64,000 bases of DNA, taken from NCBI GenBank assembly GCA_964016885.1, contig OZ024748.1:25358001-25422000 (forward strand). The letters run 5' to 3'. The translations under genes and the position numbers were made by a program. The DNA comes from Eledone cirrhosa (Eukaryota). Shown here piece after piece: positions 56,474 to 64,000 of this stretch; position 1 is the stretch's first letter; the number at the start of each line of letters is the position of its first letter. Under the pieces are notes generated by a model that did not search any database, was not told the DNA's origin, and saw only the letters and a program-made list of their open reading frames with translations.

Positions 56474-57246
56474 GACTGGAGTATGTATGTATATATGTGT
56501 GTATATATGTGTATATATATGTGTGTATGTGTATATATATGTATGTATATATGTGTGTATATATGTGTATATATATGTGTGTATATATGTGTGTATATAA
56601 AGATAAGTTGAGTATGAAAATGTATACACATGAGCGCGTATGTATGTACATGTATATATGTATATATATATGTGTGCATGTGTATATGTAAGTATGAGCA
56701 TGTAAGTATGTGTATGTGAGTATATGTATTTTGTAGAGGTGTGCATATATGTTTGTGTGTGAATGCGTGGGCGAAAGGATACGTACACTTGAAAGAAAAA
56801 TTTAAGTCTGAATGTTAATTAAGTGCAAACACAAAAGCAACCATGCATATCTATACTATCTTTTAGAATACATTTACATTTAAATGTATTCTATTTTCCC
56901 CTAGTTTATTTTACACCTAATTCTGTTTAGTTGACTATATCTGGGCGATTACGCTGTCGAAATATTCGATAAATATTCCGCTACGGCCGACGCGAAGCGC
57001 TAGTTTCGGTTATTTGTCGGAGATTACTTCATAGAAGCCTCATTCTTATAGCCTGGTCTATTCGATTTTTTATATAGTTAATTATGCTAATTGGGAGAGG
57101 AAATAGTATATATTTTATCTTGTGATTCTATAGACATGTTTTATGATATATAGCTCTGATTGTTTAATTTATTAATTTTTCATTGAGCCACAAAGTGACC
57201 AGTTGCAAAACACGTATATGTATATGTATGTATATATATATGTAAA

Positions 57247-57297
<51 letters not shown>

Positions 57298-57426
57298 GGA
57301 AAGTTATATTTAAATTGTTGGGTTACAACTAGTAAATATTTATAACTGATATAAAAGCACTCGACAAGTATTTGGAGTATATTTACGATATTAAATAAAT
57401 GGAAACTATATTTATAAAACCATATT

Positions 57427-57492
57427 TATTTCATTATATATATTTCAGGGATATCATATTAACAATATGCTATGCCTTCCTCAGACAAAATA
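57427..57492 (-). ncRNA. Type I hammerhead ribozyme (mirror of 59100)
   Basis: Reverse complement of 59100-59165. Confidence 0.7.
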
Positions 57493-59099
57493 CAATATAA
57501 ACAGTTCTATAGATAAATAGATTTGACATACCGTACAACATCGACTTGTATTTGAAAAGTTGAATTGGCAGTGAAAAAATTGTAAACAGAAAGAAAGAAA
57601 GAGAGAAAAAAAGGAAAGAAAGACAGAAAACGAAGAAAAAGAAGAAAAAGAAGAAATGCATGGAACAAAATAGAGAGATGGAAAGATAGATAAAGAGAAG
57701 AACTTCATGTAAAGAAACAGAGAGAGATATATATAGAGAGAGGAAATAGATAGAGATAGATATATATATATAGAAAAATATGTAGTTGGACATCCGTTGA
57801 GTAAACGTATCAATGATACATTTATTTATTTATTTATTTATTTATTTAGCTCTAGTATTAATGTAAGGGAGATATATGTGGTTAGGAGAGAAACCAGCTG
57901 TTATATAGAGAGAAAAATGAAAAGTAACCAGACATAGGCGAGGCATAAAAACCCTATGTTTTAATGAAGAAGTATTAATATGTATAAAAACCAGGCACTA
58001 TATTGAAAATATCAGTATTCCTGAATGAGACACGTATCCATAATGTGTGAAAAGTAATGATCTTATGTTTAGTTTTAAAAAATTCATATGTTTATATGAT
58101 AACTACAAACATCGATGTGAATTTACATTTATTTACATTTATTTTTATTATTGTAGTATTTTCTAATATTTTTATTTTTAATATGTAATATTTTTTCGTA
58201 ATATTTTTTAGTTTTCTATTTTATTATTATTTATTATTATTATTATTGTTGTTTTTTGGTTTTTGTTTCTGATATATTTTTTATTAATATATTGAATTCT
58301 GCTCTCTATTTCTGCTTGATAGATAATCTTGTTGAGTAAAGACAAGAATAGTAGTAATATAGTCTCTATATATATATGTGTATATATATACACATATATG
58401 TTTACTTAAATTTTTATAGCACAATGAGAATGTTTTCCGTGTGAACTTAGGGTTTGCAGAGTTGATCATGTAAATTCACATCGATGTTTGTAGTTATCAT
58501 ATAAACATATGAATTTTTTAAAACTAAACATAAGATCATTACTTTTCACACATTATGGATACGTGTCTCATTCAGGAATACTGATATTTTCAATATAGTG
58601 CCTGGTTTTTATACATATTAATACTTCTACATTAAAACATAGGGTTTTTATGCCTCGCCTATGTCTGGTTACTTTTCATTTTTCTCTATATATAACAGCT
58701 GGTTTCTCTCCTAACCACATATATCTCCCTTACATTAATACTAGAGCTAAATAAATAAATAAATAAATAAATGTATCATTGATACGTTTACTCAACGGAT
58801 GTCCAACTACATATTTTTCTATATATATATATCTATCTCTATCTATTTCCTCTCTCTATATATATCTCTCTCTGTTTCTTTACATGAAGTTCTTCTCTTT
58901 ATCTATCTTTCCATCTCTCTATTTTGTTCCATGCATTTCTTCTTTTTCTTCTTTTTCTTCGTTTTCTGTCTTTCTTTCCTTTTTTTCTCTCTTTCTTTCT
59001 TTCTGTTTACAATTTTTTCACTGCCAATTCAACTTTTCAAATACAAGTCGATGTTGTACGGTATGTCAAATCTATTTATCTATAGAACTGTTTATATTG

Positions 59100-59165
59100 T
59101 ATTTTGTCTGAGGAAGGCATAGCATATTGTTAATATGATATCCCTGAAATATATATAATGAAATA
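59100..59165 (+). ncRNA. Type I hammerhead ribozyme (AUA triplet)
   Basis: tattttgt-CTGAGGA-agg..catatt-gtt-aatatg..cct-GAAA-tatata-TA-atgaaata. Confidence 0.7.
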
Positions 59166-59205
59166 AATATGGTTTTATAAATATAGTTTCCATTTATTTA
59201 ATATC

Positions 59206-59320
<115 letters not shown>

Positions 59321-59985
59321 AGGATTTAAATGGATACAGTTTAGTTAAAAGGAATTTATTGACACGTGTTTCTATAACAGTTACATAACCTGAAAACAGC
59401 TGCTATCTACAAAGTATTAGTTATGCAGACATTCAATATTTCAATGTTATTATCAACTGTCATTTCATCAGAATAATTTTATTGAGGACCTGTTTGGTTT
59501 TTATAGAGAATATTAGGAGGGAGGGGTGAAGTTGTTAGAAGAATATTTGAGGGAGTGGTTTTTTGATAGCAGTGAGAATTTTTGGTGGCAGGGAGTAATT
59601 AGATTCCCATCTGTTGTTTTGACATTTTTATAGAATCTATTATTGGTTATTTTTCTAAATCTATAGAAGGATTAGAGATAGTATAGATATGCATGGTTGG
59701 TTTTGTGTTTGCACTTAATTAACATTCAGACTTAAATTTTTCTTTCAAGTGTACGTATCCTTTCGCCCACGCATTCACACACAAACATATATGCACACCT
59801 CTACAAAATACATATACTCACATACACATACTTACATGCTCATACTTACATATACACATGCACACATATATATATACATATATACATGTACATACATACG
59901 CGCTCATGTGTATACATTTTCATACTCAACTTATCTTTATATACACACGTATAGACACACACATATATACATACATACTCCAGTC

Positions 59986-60056
<71 letters not shown>

Positions 60057-60311
60057 ACTTTAATACATGAATACACTTACATCTAACTATACACATCAAA
60101 CATATATATATATTTACTTATTTATATACATTTTCACATATATATACATACTTATGGTCGCTTTTAGACACATTCATTATAGCATATTTGCACCTATTCT
60201 CATCAGCATATCTTTTAAGGTTATTAATATACATATATATGTTGAGAAGAGATTGTTTTTATATTTTTCTAACTAGATTGAGGTTTATATAGTTGGGGGG
60301 ATGTCCCTCTT

Positions 60312-61237
<926 letters not shown>

Positions 61238-61803
61238 ATATACTATATATATATGTATAAATACATGTATTTGGGCTTAAATTTAATATTTATAAATTAC
61301 TGCTCTTCTTATTCAGATTAGTAAACAATAAATACGAAGATTTTTATTCTCATTATTATTTCAAAATATCTATATTTTATTTTTAAAATACCCAAATTCT
61401 AATGATTATAAAATTTATATATAGTTTCTAAATGTTTATTTATAAACATACCGTATTTCTTTAGAGATACAAAATTTCAATACATATCTGTATACAGCTA
61501 TACTCGAAACTAAATTGTAATTCTATTCTATTATAAGTTGAGCCAACTAATACAGCTTCGTATGCAAATGAGATTAATCACCTTATTTACACAGACGAAA
61601 AAACTATATATTCTCGCCTGTTTTCAAAGTCCGGCAGTTGCAGGAGCGGCAGGGATCGTCCGGCTGAGAACCAGTTCAGTTCGAAATGCACCGACGATTG
61701 TCCCCCTTGCTTCTGCTGGACACCACCAGATGGCGATAGCTGCCGGTGTTTTTGCATAACTACGTTTTGCATGTTTATAAACATACCGTATTTCTTTGGA
61801 AAT

Positions 61804-61865
<62 letters not shown>

Positions 61866-61884
61866 TTGCGTGTGTGTGTGTGTG

Positions 61885-61961
<77 letters not shown>

Positions 61962-62355
61962 ATATATATATATATATTATATATATATACGAAATTCCAA
62001 TACACACATATATACATATATATATAGAGAGAGAGAGAGAAATAAAAGGAAAGCACAGACAAGAGACAGATCCCCCTCTTCTGTTGTCTGCTGGAGATCT
62101 CGGACATTTCAATGCGTTTTTTCTCTTTTTTCCCCTTCTGTTTGATTTATTTTTTCTCTCTCCTCTTTTCCTTCCTCAATAACTTACAAAAGTTATTGAC
62201 GCACTAGAAATAGACATATTGTCGTTAATGCATTGACATGTCCGAGACCTCCACCAGACAACTGAAGAGGGGACCTGTCCCTTGTTCGTGCTCTCCTTTT
62301 ATTTCTAAATATACTTTATCAACTAACCACACAGCCCCGTGTTCCTTTTAAATTC

Positions 62356-62420
<65 letters not shown>

Positions 62421-62581
62421 TGATGATATTTGTTTTTGAAATGCGCATAATAAAATACATGGAACTCTTTTAACCATCTTTTGATCTTATATATTATGTA
62501 TACTCCAGTCCTACAAACTGTAGAGTGCTTCTTATCCGATATCTGCATTGCTTTATTGTACTACAATAAAACTCACCTCCT

Positions 62582-62640
<59 letters not shown>

Positions 62641-62957
62641 AATAAATAAAATATCGGAGAAAGCTTTTTAGCGATACTCCGGCCAAATTCCAACTCACTC
62701 AACAAACATTAGGAAATAAGTGATTATATTCCCAATTATACGTTCGGGGTGCTAACTAAAAGTATTGCGTGGAAAATTGGCTGTATTATTTCATATGAGA
62801 CATATCTATTATATCTCTTCCCAGACGGACGTCTCGTTTCATTATAGGATTCCTACAATTTGGGTGAAATTATACCAATTTATGTAGGAGCTTGTATACC
62901 ATCAATAGATATATATATATAATATAAGATCAAAAGATAGTTAAAAGAGTGCCAAGA

Positions 62958-63026
62958 ATTTTATTATGCGCATTTCAAAAACAAATATCCTCATGAGATG
63001 ATATCTGCGTTCTCATCAGATAAAAT
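62958..63026 (-). ncRNA. Type I hammerhead ribozyme (mirror of 50548)
   Basis: Reverse complement of 50548-50616. Confidence 0.78.
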
Positions 63027-63122
63027 AGGGAGACATGATATGAAGCTTAAAAAACATTTGTGAGAAGTGAAGTTTTAAATCAACATTTGCATTGCTTTAT
63101 TGTGCTACAATAAAACACCTAC

Positions 63123-63196
<74 letters not shown>

Positions 63197-64000
63197 CATA
63201 TATATGTATTTGCTTCATTATCATCTGCTGTTACTACCACAACTACCACCACCACCACTAACAATTTAACATCTTTCAGTTGTCAGACAGATGTTTCCTA
63301 GGTTGTTGATTTATAACACAATACTTAACATCACCTTTTACCGGACGGTCGGTGGGGACGTCTTTCTCGGCCGTCTTATTTCTATTACTGCTATAACATA
63401 TGATAAACAAACAGGAATGTCATACATACTCACATATTCACATACACACATATAAATAGACACACATACATACACACACACAGACACACACACACACATA
63501 CACACACACACAAATACACATACACACAGGACTGTGATGCATACACACACATACACATACACACACACACAAATACACATACACACAGGACTGTCATGCA
63601 TACACACACATACACATACACACACACACAGAACAAAACACACAAACGCAAATACAGACTCTCACACAATCACACCACCACTACCACCACGAACCACCAC
63701 CACCACCACTACTACCACCACCACCACCACCACCACCACCACCAACAACAACATCAACAACCCCCCGCCCCCTACCAATCACCACTATCCACTACCACCA
63801 ATACCACCACCACCACCACCAATACCACCACCACCACCACCACCACCACCACCACCATCAATCACCACCAATACCACCAACCACCAATACCACCACCACC
63901 AATATCACCAACCACCACCACCAATCACCCCCCCCACCCCCCAATCACCACCAACCATCACCACCAATACCACCACCAACCATCACCACCAATACCACCA

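Overview
AT-rich, microsatellite-saturated animal (non-prokaryotic) DNA; the tRNA-derived SINE fragments resemble those I associate with octopus/cephalopod genomes (inference). No intact host protein gene is evident and nearly all ORF-track entries are translations of (TA)n/(CA)n/(CCA)n/(GGT)n repeats. Recognisable elements: a decayed CR1-group LINE (about 9.3-13.2 kb, APE + RT, CCCH finger upstream), four Penelope-like (PLE) GIY-YIG fragments, several SINEs, two minisatellites, two about 8-kb trinucleotide-derived arrays, and a large inverted duplication (about 49.2-58.1 kb vs 58.5-64 kb, running off the window). The main unannotated signal is RNA structure: by eye I find about 26 well-formed type I hammerhead ribozyme (HHR) motifs plus several decayed ones, from more than 10 distinct sequence families, almost all next to (TA)n tracts and often in fold-back (inverted) pairs. 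The most striking case is a near-perfect 310-bp tandem array (2303-4035) with one HHR per unit that folds back on itself, i.e. a non-LTR retrozyme-like locus predicted to release 310-nt monomers (possibly circularised) from transcription in either direction. All folds were derived manually and none is experimentally tested.
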